Source of the DNA: an uncultured Pseudomonadota bacterium | Lineage (GTDB): Bacteria; Pseudomonadota; Alphaproteobacteria; Micropepsales; Micropepsaceae | DNA length: 64,000 nucleotides | NCBI GenBank assembly: GCA_963710925.1 | Contig: CAVQBY010000001.1 | Coordinates: 162,871 to 226,870, forward strand | Reading direction: 5' to 3' | Part shown: one piece after another, positions 1 to 10,575 of the stretch | Position numbering within the stretch: position 1 is the stretch's first letter | Layout: the number at the start of each line of letters is the position of its first letter | Program-made: the position numbers and the translations under genes | Notes under the pieces: generated by a model | Told to the model about the DNA's origin: nothing | What the model saw: only the letters and a program-made list of their open reading frames with translations | The model's database searches: none

Positions 1-69
1 CTTCCATCGCCACCTGAAGGTCAGCCCTGCTGCCTTCCGGGCGCGCTTCCAGCCCCGAGGAGAGAGTTC

Positions 70-669
70 ATGACAAGGACCATCGGCATTCTTGTTTTCG
101 ACGATGCGGAGGAACTGGATTTCGTCGGCCCCTGGGAGGTGTTCACTATGGCCAATGCCATCGCCGCCGGCACCCACAAGGTCATTTTGATCGCCGAAGC
201 GGACAGGCCGATCCGCTGCGCCAAGGGGCTGCGCGTGCTGCCCGATGTCACCACCGCCGATTGCCCCCGGCTCGACGTGCTGCTGGTCCCGGGCGGACAG
301 GGAACCCGGCGCGAGGTCGGCAACGCGGCGCTGCTGGCCTGGATCGCGAAGACGGCCGAAACCTGCCAATGGGTCACCTCGGTCTGCACCGGGGCCATGC
401 TGCTGACGGCGGCCGGTCCGGCGCGGGGAAAGCGGGTCACGACACATTGGGGATTTGTCACGCAGCTGCGGGCCCGCGGCGAGGCGGCGCAGGTGCTCGA
501 AAATCTCCGCTATGTGCGCGATCACAACGTGGTGACTGCGGCCGGGGTCTCGGCCGGGATCGACATGGCCTTGTGGCTGACGGGCCAGATGCACAGCCCG
601 GATTTTGCCCGGAGGGTGCAGCGCGGCATGGAATATGATCCGGCCCCGCCCTATGCGGCGGAGGTCTGA
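70..669 (+). CDS. DJ-1/PfpI family protein (isonitrile hydratase-like)
   Basis: ELDFVGPWEVF, VPGG, SVCTGA nucleophile elbow, TAAGVSAGID, C-terminal EYDPAPP. Confidence 0.9.
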   Translation: MTRTIGILVFDDAEELDFVGPWEVFTMANAIAAGTHKVILIAEADRPIRCAKGLRVLPDVTTADCPRLDVLLVPGGQGTRREVGNAALLAWIAKTAETCQWVTSVCTGAMLLTAAGPARGKRVTTHWGFVTQLRARGEAAQVLENLRYVRDHNVVTAAGVSAGIDMALWLTGQMHSPDFARRVQRGMEYDPAPPYAAEV

Positions 670-773
670 ACCGGGCCCGGGCCGGCGGGGCACGCGCCTT
701 TATGCTGCCGCAATCGATATGCTTTTATGCCCGCCGCACAAATTGGACCGCATCCACAGTCAGGGAGTTCTTA

Positions 774-1223
774 ATGTCTCGTAAGTTCGGTTTTGCCCTC
801 GCAATCCTTCTGGTTTCCGCCGCCCCCGCCCTGGCCGATGTCGGCACTTGCGGCGAGGCGCCCGTCCCGCCGGCCCTGCCGTCTGCAAGCGAGATCGCTC
901 AGAAGTCGCCGTCCGACGCGGCGGCCGCCAAGCATCAGGCCTTCCTCGATGTGAAGAGCTGGCAGAAGAGCCTCAACAACTATCGCGATTGCCTCAACGC
1001 CACCACCACCGCCGACAAGCGCGGCATTGCCGAAGCCAAGGCGAGCGGCGACAAGAAGGCCGCCGACAACATCGCCGCCTTCGAGGCCGATGCCGAAAGC
1101 GCCAATGACCGCTACAACAAGTCCGTCGACACCGAGAAGAGCGTCGTCGCCGACTATGTGGCCGTCTCCAAGGCCTATTGCAGCCGCTCCGACGTCGACC
1201 AGTCGACCTGCCCGAAGAAGTAA
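774..1223 (+). CDS. Secreted hypothetical protein
   Basis: Signal peptide MSRKFGFALAILLVSAAPALA after a GGGAG RBS; four Cys; host-like codon usage. Confidence 0.75.
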   Translation: MSRKFGFALAILLVSAAPALADVGTCGEAPVPPALPSASEIAQKSPSDAAAAKHQAFLDVKSWQKSLNNYRDCLNATTTADKRGIAEAKASGDKKAADNIAAFEADAESANDRYNKSVDTEKSVVADYVAVSKAYCSRSDVDQSTCPKK

Positions 1224-1308
1224 GTCAGGGCAGCCGAGTCGCGAAGCATCTGTTCGCCGCGTCCGGGCCGTGAAGGCGCGGGCGCGGCGAATTGCATATG
1301 CTTGGCCA

Positions 1309-1939
1309 ATGACGCCCGCCGTCCAACCCGCAGAGTCCGCCGCCGAGGCCACGGCCGCCCATCGCGCGGAGCGCCGCGCCCGCGAACGCAGCCTGACGCG
1401 CGCCGGCATCCTGGAAGCGGCCCGTGCCGTCGCCGCACGCGAGGGCGCCGCCAATCTTTCCCTGCGCGGCGTCGCGGCCGAGGCCGGCTTCGCCCCCGCC
1501 GCGCTCTATGGCTATTTCGAAGACAAGAACGACTTGCTGATCGCGCTGGCGACCGAGGATCTGGCGGCGCTGGCCCATGCCATGCGCGACGGCCGATGGC
1601 GCCGGCCCCAGCCGCCTCGGCGCCGCGGCAGGCGCGGCGCTCGATCTGCTCCAGCACACCGAAACCTTTGCCACCGCGCCGGCGGCGCTGCCGGCCCGTG
1701 CGGGCAGCGGCGAGGCCGAGCGCCTGTTCAATGGCCGCATGATCGCGGCCCTGCGCGCGCTCTCGGAGGCCGCCGGCCATCCCTCCGACAGCCGCGAGGC
1801 CCAGGCCGATGTCGTGCTGATGGCTGCCGCGCTGACCGGGCTGGCGGTGCTGGCCCGCTCCGGGCGGCTCGAGGCCTTGGGCTTTTCTGCCGCAGACATG
1901 GTCGCGGCCCTCGACCGGCGCTTCTCGCCCGCGCGATAA
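1309..1939 (+). CDS. TetR/AcrR family regulator (frameshift near 1590)
   Basis: ILEAARAVAAREGAANLSLRGVAAEAGFAPAALYGYF TetR HTH; C-terminus lies in ORF 1577..1939. Confidence 0.85.
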
Positions 1940-1973
1940 TCCAGAGCCGCGGCGTCCGAAGGGGACTTCAGAA

Positions 1974-2894
1974 ATGATCGAACTTGCGCGTTCCAGCGTC
2001 CAGACCTGGGAATGCGACCAGATGGGCCACATGAACGTGCAGTTCTATGTGGAGAAGGCCGTGTGACGCCCTGGCCGCCTTTGGCGCGAAGATCGGGCTC
2101 GGCCCCAGGGCGCTGGACCGCAGGGGGCTGGTGCTGGAGCCGACCGACCAGCATGTGCGCTTCCTGCGCGAGCTGCGGCCCGGCACGCCCTATTTCCTGC
2201 GCGGCGGCGCCGTGCATACGCCCGGACAGGTCGATGTCATGACGCTGACGACCTATAGCGAGCTGGTGCAGACAGCCAGCGGTGAGGTGGCGGCGACCTT
2301 CCGCAGCGTGGCGCGGCTGCGCTGGCCGAACCGCAACGAATTCGACGGCTTCGATGATGGCGAACGCGCCATGGCCGTCCACAACGCGGTCGAGATTCCG
2401 CCGCATGGCCAGCCGCGTGGTCTCACGCTGCATCCGCCGCGCGACCCCGCGCCGACGCTGGACGAGGCCGAAAGGCTCAAGCTCATTCCCACCTTCGAGG
2501 GTGTGGTGCGTCCGTCCGATTGCGATGTCCATGGCGAGATGCTGCCGCGCTTCTTCATGGCCCGCGTGTCGGACGCCATTCCGAATTTGCTGGTGCAGAC
2601 CTCGGGGCGCAATCGCGGCGATGGCGGCAACACTCGGCGGCGCGGCACTGGAATATCGCTTTCTCTATCGCCGCCGCCCGCGCGCGGGCGACGTCCTTGC
2701 CGTGCGCAGCGGCCTGCGCGCCATCGGCGCCAAGACCTATATCTGGGCGCACTGGCTGTTCGATGTCGAAACCGGAGAGGCGGTGGCCACCAGCCGAGGC
2801 CGTCGCCGTCGCCATGGACATGACGACGCGCAAGGCCATTGCGCTGCCGGACGAATTGCGCGCCCGCCTCGAGCCGCTGATGATCGAGGGCTGA
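1974..2894 (+). CDS. Double hot-dog acyl-CoA thioesterase family protein (frameshifted)
   Basis: Read from the DNA: MIELARSSVQTWECDQMGHMNVQFY; second repeat VRPSDCDVHGEM; spread over several frames. Confidence 0.8.
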
Positions 2895-2919
2895 CGGTCT
2901 AGCGCCCGCGAAGACGCCG

Positions 2920-3849
2920 TTACGGCGTCGACGGACTTCCCAGGCGGTCGGCCATCGCCTTGATTTCCTCGCGCACGATCTGGGGGCGCTGCATCGGCAG
3001 GAAATGGCCGATATGCTTGAGCGCGACCACATGGGTGTCCGGCTTGCGCTGCACGAAGGCCTGCGCTTCGGCGGGCCGGCAGGTCGAGCCCGGTCCCAGG
3101 CCATGGATCAGCGTCACCGGGCAGGTGAGGCGCCGGGCCAGGCGGTAGATGCCCGTCGGCGTCGAGGCGAAATTCTCGGATTCGATGCGCGGCGCACAGG
3201 CCAGCTGCACCCGCCCGTCGGCGCGCAGCACCGCGCCGCCGGCCACATAGTCGTGCAGGATGGCGTCGGGCCAGCGGCTGAACACGCCGCGGCCGTGATA
3301 GGACTGCTCCATCTCGTCGGTGGAGTCGAACACGTCGCGGCGGCGCGCGGCGCGCGCGGCCAGGTCCGGACCCAGCGCGCCGCGAAAGTTGCGCAGGCGC
3401 CGCAGCAGCGGCGCCAGTGGCGGCACGAAGACCGGCTCGACCAGCACCAGCGCGCGCACCAGCTCGGGCCGCGCCGCCGCCACCATCAGGCTGGCGATGG
3501 CGCCCATGGAATGGCCCGCCAGCAGCGCCGGCCCGCCACCCAGCCGTTCCAGCAGCGCGATCAGGTCGTCGCGATAGACCGTCCAGCCGGCGGCAAATCC
3601 CGGCGGCGCCGGCAGCCGCGACAGGCCGTGTCCGCGCGCGTCGCTGGCCAGAATGCGAAACCGTCCCGCCAGCGGCTGCAGCAGGCGTTGATAGGTCTGC
3701 GCATTGAAGCCGTTGGCATGGGCGAAATGCAGCGTCCCGCCCTTGTTTTCGCGGCCGCCGCCATCCCATTCCAGATAGCTCGCCTCGCCATCGGCAAGGC
3801 TCAGCCACTTGCGTTCGGGCGCAATCGTCGGGGGCCGGGGCTGCTGCAT
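2920..3849 (-). CDS. Alpha/beta hydrolase
   Basis: HFAHANGF, GHSMGA nucleophile, GHFLPMQ (3' part of ORF 2920..5547). Confidence 0.88.
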   Translation of the reverse strand: MQQPRPPTIAPERKWLSLADGEASYLEWDGGGRENKGGTLHFAHANGFNAQTYQRLLQPLAGRFRILASDARGHGLSRLPAPPGFAAGWTVYRDDLIALLERLGGGPALLAGHSMGAIASLMVAAARPELVRALVLVEPVFVPPLAPLLRRLRNFRGALGPDLAARAARRRDVFDSTDEMEQSYHGRGVFSRWPDAILHDYVAGGAVLRADGRVQLACAPRIESENFASTPTGIYRLARRLTCPVTLIHGLGPGSTCRPAEAQAFVQRKPDTHVVALKHIGHFLPMQRPQIVREEIKAMADRLGSPSTP

Positions 3850-3996
3850 GAATGTTGCGCGTGCGATGTCGGAGATTGCGGATGGGCGTTTCTTGTGGCG
3901 GCAGGTCCGCGGGCTGTCAACCGAAGGGCTTTGCGCCCGCTGTTGCGGTTGCGTAGATTTGCGCGACCGCCATTCGACACCATCCGAGGACATGCC

Positions 3997-5541
3997 GTGC
4001 ATCCCACAACGATCGCCGCCAAGACTCCGGACAAAGCCGCCATCATCATGGCCTCGACCGGTGAAAGCCTGACCTACCGTCAACTTGAGGACCGCTCCAA
4101 TCAGGGCGCCCAGCTCTTTCGCAAGCTCGGGCTCAAGGTCGGCGATTGCGTCGCGCTGTTCATGGAAAACAATATCCGCTTTCTGGAGATCTGCTGGGCG
4201 GCGCAGCGGGCCGGCCTCTACTACACCTGCATCTCGTCGCGGCTGACGGCCGGCGAGGTCGAATACATTGTCGGCGACAGCGGCGCGAAAGTGCTGATCG
4301 CCAGCCACGGCCTTTCCAAGGTCGCAGGGGAGGCGATCGCGCTGCTCGGCGACACCAAGCTGATGATGGTGGGCGGCACCATCCCCGGCTACGACTCCTA
4401 TGAGGACGCCGCGGGCGCCATGCCCGCCACCCGCATCGCCGACGAAACCGCCGGCGCCGACATGCTCTATTCCTCCGGCACCACGGGCCGGCCCAAGGGC
4501 GTGCGCCACGCGCTGTCCGGCGAAGCCATCGATGCGCCCAGTCCGCTGCTCGGACTGGTCACCATGCTGTTCGGCGCCACCGAGAATTCGATCTATCTGT
4601 CGCCGGCCCCGCTCTATCACGCCGCGCCCCTGCGCTATTGCATGGCGATCCAGCGGCTCGGCGGCACCGTCGTCGTCATGGAGCATTTCGACGCCGAACA
4701 GGCGCTGGCCGATATCGAGAAATACAAGGCCAATATCAGCCAGTGGGTGCCGACCATGTTCGTGCGCATGCTGAAGCTGCCCCGCGAGGTGCGCGAAAAA
4801 TACGACGTCTCCTCGATGAAATCGGCGATCCATGCCGCAGCCCCGTGCCCCATCGAGGTCAAGAAGCAGATGATCGAATGGTGGGGCCCGGTGCTGCACG
4901 AATATTATGCCGGCACCGAGGGCAACGGCTTCTGCTACATCAACAGCGCCGACTGGATGGCCCATCCCGGCTCGGTCGGCCGCTCGCTGCTCGGTCCCGT
5001 CCATATCTGCGGCGAGGAGGGCGAGGAGCTGCCCGTCGGCGAGGAAGGCACGATCTATTTCGAAGGCGAGGGCCAGTTCGTCTATCACAACGACCCGAAG
5101 AAGACCGCCGAGTCGCGCCATCCGCAACATGCCAACTGGTCGACTTTGGGCGATGTCGGCAAGCTCGACGACGAAGGCTTTCTCTATCTCACCGACCGCA
5201 AGGCCTTCATGATCATCTCCGGCGGCGTCAACATCTATCCGCAGGAGGCCGAGAACCTGCTCGTCACCCATCCCAAGGTCGCCGATGTCGCCGTGATCGG
5301 CGTGCCCAATGAGGATTTCGGCGAAGAGGTGAAGGCGGTGGTGCAGCCGGCCGACTGGGCCGCCGCCGGTCCCGAACTGGCCGAGGAGCTGCTGGAATAT
5401 TGCCGCGACCATCTCAGCCATATCAAATGCCCGCGCTCCGTCGATTTCGAGAAGGAGCTGCCGCGCCACCCCACCGGCAAGCTCTACAAGCGCCTGATCC
5501 GCGACAAATACTGGGGCAAACGCGGATCGCGCATTGTCTGA
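3997..5541 (+). CDS. Acyl-CoA synthetase (AMP-binding)
   Basis: YSSGTTGRPKG, EYYAGTEG, TLGDVG, GGVNIYPQE, LPRHPTGK; GTG start after GAGG. Confidence 0.93.
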   Translation: MHPTTIAAKTPDKAAIIMASTGESLTYRQLEDRSNQGAQLFRKLGLKVGDCVALFMENNIRFLEICWAAQRAGLYYTCISSRLTAGEVEYIVGDSGAKVLIASHGLSKVAGEAIALLGDTKLMMVGGTIPGYDSYEDAAGAMPATRIADETAGADMLYSSGTTGRPKGVRHALSGEAIDAPSPLLGLVTMLFGATENSIYLSPAPLYHAAPLRYCMAIQRLGGTVVVMEHFDAEQALADIEKYKANISQWVPTMFVRMLKLPREVREKYDVSSMKSAIHAAAPCPIEVKKQMIEWWGPVLHEYYAGTEGNGFCYINSADWMAHPGSVGRSLLGPVHICGEEGEELPVGEEGTIYFEGEGQFVYHNDPKKTAESRHPQHANWSTLGDVGKLDDEGFLYLTDRKAFMIISGGVNIYPQEAENLLVTHPKVADVAVIGVPNEDFGEEVKAVVQPADWAAAGPELAEELLEYCRDHLSHIKCPRSVDFEKELPRHPTGKLYKRLIRDKYWGKRGSRIV

Positions 5542-6277
5542 CGACACGGAAAAATTCGATCCCGCCTCCCTGCCGACGGGCGACGGTATGTTGAGGCGCG
5601 AGCATTTCAGCGCCGAAGGCCTGCGCGTCTACAAAGAGATGGCCGCGCGCGACGGCATGGGCGTGATGGACGACGCCGCGCGCGAGGCGACGCGCCGTGC
5701 GGTGTTGGCGGCTGTCGCGCCCCAGAGCGATGTCTGGGTGTTCGGCTATGGTTCGCTGATCTGGAACCCCATCATCCGCGTCGCCGAAAGCCGCGTCGCC
5801 CATGTCGCGGGCTTCCACCGGCATTTCTGCCTGCGCCAGACGGTCGGCCGCGGCCTGCCGGACAAGCCGGGCCTCATGCTCGGGCTGGATGCGGGCGGCG
5901 CCTGCACCGGCGTGGTGCACCGTGTGGCGGCGGAGGATGTGGAAAGCGAAACCGCGCTGTTGTGGCAGCGCGAGATGCTGTCCGGCGCCTATCGCCCGGC
6001 CTGGGTCGAGGCCGAGACGGAGGGCGGCACGGTGCGTGCCATCGCCTTCGTCGTCGACCGCGCCCACAAGCGCTATGAAGGCGTGCTGCCCTTCGAGACC
6101 GTCGCCGGGCGCATCGCGGCGGCCGAAGGGGTTCTCGGCACCAACCGCGATTACCTCTATCGCACCGCGCGCCATCTCGAACAGCTTGCGATAGACGACG
6201 ACGAGATGTTCCGCCTGGCGCGGCGCGTGCGCGCGCTGACCGGCGAAGTGGATGACCAACCTCAGGGAGAGACGTGA
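5534..6277 (+). CDS. chaC: ChaC-family gamma-glutamylcyclotransferase
   Basis: WVFGYGSLIWNP, GRGxPxxPGLMLGL, LWQREM, GTNRDYL. Confidence 0.85.
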   Translation: MSDDTEKFDPASLPTGDGMLRREHFSAEGLRVYKEMAARDGMGVMDDAAREATRRAVLAAVAPQSDVWVFGYGSLIWNPIIRVAESRVAHVAGFHRHFCLRQTVGRGLPDKPGLMLGLDAGGACTGVVHRVAAEDVESETALLWQREMLSGAYRPAWVEAETEGGTVRAIAFVVDRAHKRYEGVLPFETVAGRIAAAEGVLGTNRDYLYRTARHLEQLAIDDDEMFRLARRVRALTGEVDDQPQGET

Positions 6278-6729
6278 TGAAAACCGTCGACTATGACGAC
6301 CTCGCCAGCCTGGCCGGACAGGAGATCGGCATCTCCGAATGGGTCGAGATCGACCAGGACCGCATCAACAAGTTTGCCGACGCCACCGGCGACCACCAGT
6401 GGATCCACGTCGATGTCGCGCGCGCCAAGGCCGAAATGCCCGGCGGCAAGACCATCGCCCATGGCTATCTCACCTTGTCGTTGATTCCGATGCTGGGCGC
6501 CAAGATCCTGCGCGTCACCGGCGTCAGCCGCGGCATCAATTACGGCGCCAACAAGCTGCGCTTCACCAATATGGTGCCGGTCGGCTCGAAGGTGCGCGCG
6601 CGCCAGAAGCTGCTAAGCGTCGAGCCGCGCTCCGGCGGGCTGCAGATGATCAACGAGATGACCATCGAGATCGAAGGCCAGGACCGCCCGGCCTGCGTCG
6701 CCGAGACCATCTCGCTGGTCTACAAATAG
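6274..6729 (+). CDS. MaoC-family dehydratase
   Basis: FADATGDHQWIHVD, TIAHGYLTLSL, NYGANKLRF. Confidence 0.92.
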   Translation: MMKTVDYDDLASLAGQEIGISEWVEIDQDRINKFADATGDHQWIHVDVARAKAEMPGGKTIAHGYLTLSLIPMLGAKILRVTGVSRGINYGANKLRFTNMVPVGSKVRARQKLLSVEPRSGGLQMINEMTIEIEGQDRPACVAETISLVYK

Positions 6730-6745
6730 AACGCCGCCGCGTAAG

Positions 6746-7024
6746 TCACGCGCCGCGGAAATGCTGGGCGATGGTCCAGGCGCCGATGGCGACGAAGCCG
6801 ATTCCGGCGATCAGCTTCAGCGGCGCGTGCTGCAGGTAGCGCTGCGCGGCGTCGCCCAGCAGCACGGCGATGGCGGTCGAGGCCACCAATGCCGCCGAGG
6901 CCGCCAGGAATACGCCCAGCGGTGCCGTCTTCCTGTCCGAGGCGAACAGAAGCGTCGCCAGCTGTGTCTTGTCGCCCAATTCCGCCAGGAACACGGTCAC
7001 GAAAATCGGAATGAGTTGCTGCAT
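6746..7024 (-). CDS. TMEM165/GDT1 (UPF0016) family membrane protein, single repeat
   Basis: FLAELGDKTQLAT signature; about 92 aa, hydrophobic. Confidence 0.88.
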   Translation of the reverse strand: MQQLIPIFVTVFLAELGDKTQLATLLFASDRKTAPLGVFLAASAALVASTAIAVLLGDAAQRYLQHAPLKLIAGIGFVAIGAWTIAQHFRGA

Positions 7025-7035
7025 GGCTCTCTCGG

Positions 7036-7939
7036 TCAGGCGTCCAGTTGCGTTTTGACGAAGGCCGCGATCTTTGCGATCGCCGCGCGCCCCTCGGGCA
7101 GCATGTCGGCGGTGACCTGCCAGACATGGAACACGCCCGGCCACACCTCGATCGTGGTGTCGACGCCGGCGGCCTTCATCTTCGCGGCCATGCGCACCGA
7201 ATCGTCGCGCAGCATCTCGGCGCCCGAGCACTGGAACAGGGTCGGCGGCAGCCCCGCCACATCGCCGCGCAGGGGCGAGACCAGCGGGTCCTTCGGCATC
7301 GTGTCCCGGGCAATAGGCCGCGACCACGGTGTCGAAGGTGCGCGCGTCGAACATCGCGTCGGATGTCACATTCTCCACATGCGAGGGCCCGCTTTCCGCC
7401 AGGTCGGTAACGGGCGACAGCGCCACCAGGCAGCCGGGCAGGGCCACGCCGTCCTGCTTCAGCTTCAGCGCCGTGGCCAGTGTCAGGTTGCCGCCCGCCG
7501 AATCCCCGCCGATGGCGATCTTCGATGCGGCAATGCCTTTCGCCAGCAATGCGCGATAGGCGGCGACGCAATCCTCCAGCCCGGCGGGAAAGAGATGCTC
7601 CGGCGCCAGCCGGTAATCGACGACATAGACCGGAATGTTTGTCTGCTTGGCCAGCCGCCAGGTCAGGGGCCGGTGATTGCCCGGCACCCCGGCGACGAAG
7701 CCGCCGCCATGGATATAGAGCATGGCCTTGCTGTCGTCGGCGCCGGGCACCGAAAGCGTTTCGGCCCGTACCCCGCCCAGATCGGCCTGCGCCATCTCCA
7801 CCGGCGCGGGGGGCGGGCGGATCTGCTTTTCCATGTCCTGCATCACCGCGCGCAGCGTCATCACGTCGGGCGCCTTGCGGAAGCGGCGCTTGATCGTGAA
7901 GCGCAGCATCTTGTCGATCAGGAACAGTTGAAGGCTCAT
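7036..7939 (-). CDS. HSL-family esterase/lipase (frameshift near 7300)
   Basis: HGGGF, DYRLAPEH, GDSAGG; EMLRDD and HVWQ in ORF 7036..7299. Confidence 0.88.
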
Positions 7940-9431
7940 GCCGGATTCCGCCCTTGGGCCTTGGCGATGCGCTCGGCCCGCAGCGCGCTGCGGCGCACCT
8001 TGCCGGCGTCGTCGCGCACATTCGCGTTCACCAGCTCATAGCTGCGCGGCCGCTTGTAGGTCACCAGCCGTTCGGCCAGGTGGCGTTGCAGGTCGTCCAG
8101 ATCGAGGCCCTCGCGCGGCTGCACGATGGCATGCACGCGATTGCCGAGGTCTTCGTCCGGCAGGCCGATCACCGCGCTGGAGGCCACCAGCGGATGCGCT
8201 TCCAGCGCCGCCTCGATCTCGGCCGGATAGATGTTGGCGCCCCCGACCAGGATCATGTCGCTGCGCCGGTCGGCGAGATAGACATAGCCTTCGGCATCGA
8301 TCCAGCCGATGTCGCCGATCGATTCCCAGCCATCGCCCAGCGCCCGCGCTTCGGCGCCGACATAGCGATAGGTCGTCGCATAGCCCGGCGCGCGCTTCAT
8401 GAAGATCTCGCCGGTTTCGCCCGGCGGCAAGGCGTTTCCGTCCTCGTCGAAGGCCTTCATGATTCCGCCTTCGATCGGCCTGCCGACCGAGCCCTTGTGC
8501 GTCAGCCATTCGCGTCCGCTGATCGTGGTCGAAGCGATGCCTTCGGTGCCGCCGTAAAGCTCCCACACCACATCGGCGCCCAGCCATTCGATCCAGGCTT
8601 CCTTGAGCCAGGCCGGGCAGGGCGCGGCCAGATGCCAGATCGTGCGCAGGCTGGAGACGTCGTATCTGCGCCCGCACCTCTTCGGGCAGGCGCCAGATGC
8701 GGCCCATCATGGTCGGCACGAAATAGACCCAGCTGGCGCGATGGCGTTCGATCAATGCCAGCGTCGCTTCGGCATCGAATTTCGGCATCACCACCACATG
8801 CGCGCCGGCCTGCAGGGCATAGAAGGCGGTGATCAGCGGACCGTTGTGATAGAGCGGCCCCGGCATCAGCACCACATCGTCCGGCCCGATCCGCCACAGG
8901 GCCGCACCGGCCCCGTCCGACGACCGCCGGCTGCGCCGAGACGATCAGCTTGGGCCGTCCGGTCGAGCCGCCCGAAGTCGGCGCCTTCCACGACGGCGAC
9001 ACCGCATCGGGCAGATCGCTGTCGTCCCGGCTGGCGGCCAGCAGCGCCTCGGCCGAAAACACCGGCTTGCGGGTGCGAAGGCCGCCGGCACCGATCACCA
9101 GCGGCGTCTTCGCCAGGGCCACGATGGCGTCGAGTTCGGCCTGCGGCAGGCGCGAGGACACCGGCTGCGGCGTCGCGCCCAGCTTCCAGATCGCATAACA
9201 GGCCTCGATGAAGCCGGGCGAATTGGGCAGCGCCACGGTGACGAAATCGCCGAAGCGCACCCCCTGCGCCGCCAGCGCCCGAGCCATGCGGTTGCTGCGC
9301 CGGTGCAGCGCCTGCCAGCTCAGCGTCTCGCCCTCGAAGGTGACGGCCGGGGCATCGGGTTTTGCCTGTGCGACGCGTTTGAGCGCCGCAGGAATGGAGG
9401 GCGGATCGGTGGTTTCGACGGGTGCAGACAT
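7936..9431 (-). CDS. Acyl-CoA ligase (AMP-binding), frameshifted
   Basis: TSGGSTGRPK, PGPLYHNGP, ELYGGTE, GGANIYPAEIE across three frames. Confidence 0.88.
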
Positions 9432-9547
9432 GGGCGCGGCGTGTCCTCGAATGGCGTTTGCCAGACGATAGCAGATGCCGGCCCGCTTAGAAGGGTGCCG
9501 GTCCGCCGGCCCGTGCGCGCCGCGGGCGAAGGCCCGGCTCGTCCGCC

Positions 9548-9904
9548 CTAGCGCGGGCAGGCGTCGACATAGATCCGCTTGAGATAATGCAGCTTCGACC
9601 CGGACAGCTCGGCGACCGCCAGGGCCTCGTGAAAGCGGACGCCGGCCTGCGCCGCGTTGCGCCAGACGATCTCGCTGTCATAGGCGCGGCCGTTCTTCAG
9701 ATCGAGCAGGTAGAAACGCTTGGGCAGCATCGTGCCCGCCTTGATGGCGAGCCGGGCGCCCGACGGCGACAGGTCGCGAATGCCGCAATCGCAGGAATGT
9801 GTGCCTTCGTCGAAGACGAGCTTGCCGCTCAGCAGCACGCGGTTGCGCGTCGGTTTGCGCTCTCTGTGTTTCGGAAAGGGAGGCGGCGCGAGGGGCGCGG
9901 TCAT
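9548..9904 (-). CDS. PilZ domain protein
   Basis: ERKPTR (RxxxR) and DLSPSG (DxSxxG) motifs, GVRF. Confidence 0.85.
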   Translation of the reverse strand: MTAPLAPPPFPKHRERKPTRNRVLLSGKLVFDEGTHSCDCGIRDLSPSGARLAIKAGTMLPKRFYLLDLKNGRAYDSEIVWRNAAQAGVRFHEALAVAELSGSKLHYLKRIYVDACPR

Positions 9905-9965
9905 TGTCCGGTGCAACGTGTCATCTGCATCCGGGTCAAGTTAGCAGGGCACGGTTATCGAAAGG

Positions 9966-10571
9966 TTATGGGGGCCTGTCCTGTTTCGGTGCGGTTTCTT
10001 CGCGCAGGGCCCGTTCGATGCGCCGGTCCGGGACAAGCCAGATCAACGCCACGGCAAGATAGAGCGCCTGTGCGGCCCAGGGCCTGGCGAAGGCCGCCGC
10101 GATACCGGCGGCGTAGAGCAGCAGCGACAGATTGCCCTTCACGTCCCGGCCGATGGCGCGCGCCAGCAGCGAGGACCGGCCCTCCGAGGCGATGATCGTC
10201 CACACCAGGATGGAATAGGCGATGGCCGCCAGCAGCAGCACCGCGCCATAGAGCGCCACCGGCACGGCGGCCTCGTAGTTCTCGCCCATCCACCGTGTCA
10301 CGAAGGGCAGGAGCGACAGCCAGAACAGCAGATGCAGATTGGCCCACAAGATACCGCCGCGCACGCGATGCACCGTATGCAGCAGATGGTGGTGGTTGTT
10401 CCAGTAGATGCCGATATAGAGAAAGCTCAGCACATAGTTCAGCAGGCGCGGCAGAAGACCCTGCAGCGTCGCCAGGTCATGGCCATGGGGGACGTGAAGC
10501 TCCAGCACCATGATGGTGATGACGATGGCGAGCACGCCGTCGCTGAAGGCCTCGAGCCGCCCCTTTCCCAT
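9966..10571 (-). CDS. TMEM175-family potassium channel
   Basis: RLEAFSDGVLAIVITIMVLEL, YWNNHHH, LFWLSLLPF. Confidence 0.92.
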   Translation of the reverse strand: MGKGRLEAFSDGVLAIVITIMVLELHVPHGHDLATLQGLLPRLLNYVLSFLYIGIYWNNHHHLLHTVHRVRGGILWANLHLLFWLSLLPFVTRWMGENYEAAVPVALYGAVLLLAAIAYSILVWTIIASEGRSSLLARAIGRDVKGNLSLLLYAAGIAAAFARPWAAQALYLAVALIWLVPDRRIERALREETAPKQDRPP

Positions 10572-10575
10572 GCGA

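Noticed and set aside
2920-5547. 875-aa minus-strand ORF and other long antisense ORFs (for example 23920..26232, 43173..45002, 47944..49416)
   Set aside because: Shadow ORFs of GC-rich genes on the opposite strand; only 2920..3849 is a real hydrolase
6746-7939. Apparent esterase-GDT1 fusion (397 aa)
   Set aside because: Caused by a frameshift near 7300; the esterase C-terminus and stop are in ORF 7036..7299
9955-9969. TTAT-N7-TTAT upstream of the PilZ gene as a CtrA box
   Set aside because: Two mismatches to the consensus, and it overlaps the stop codon of the upstream gene
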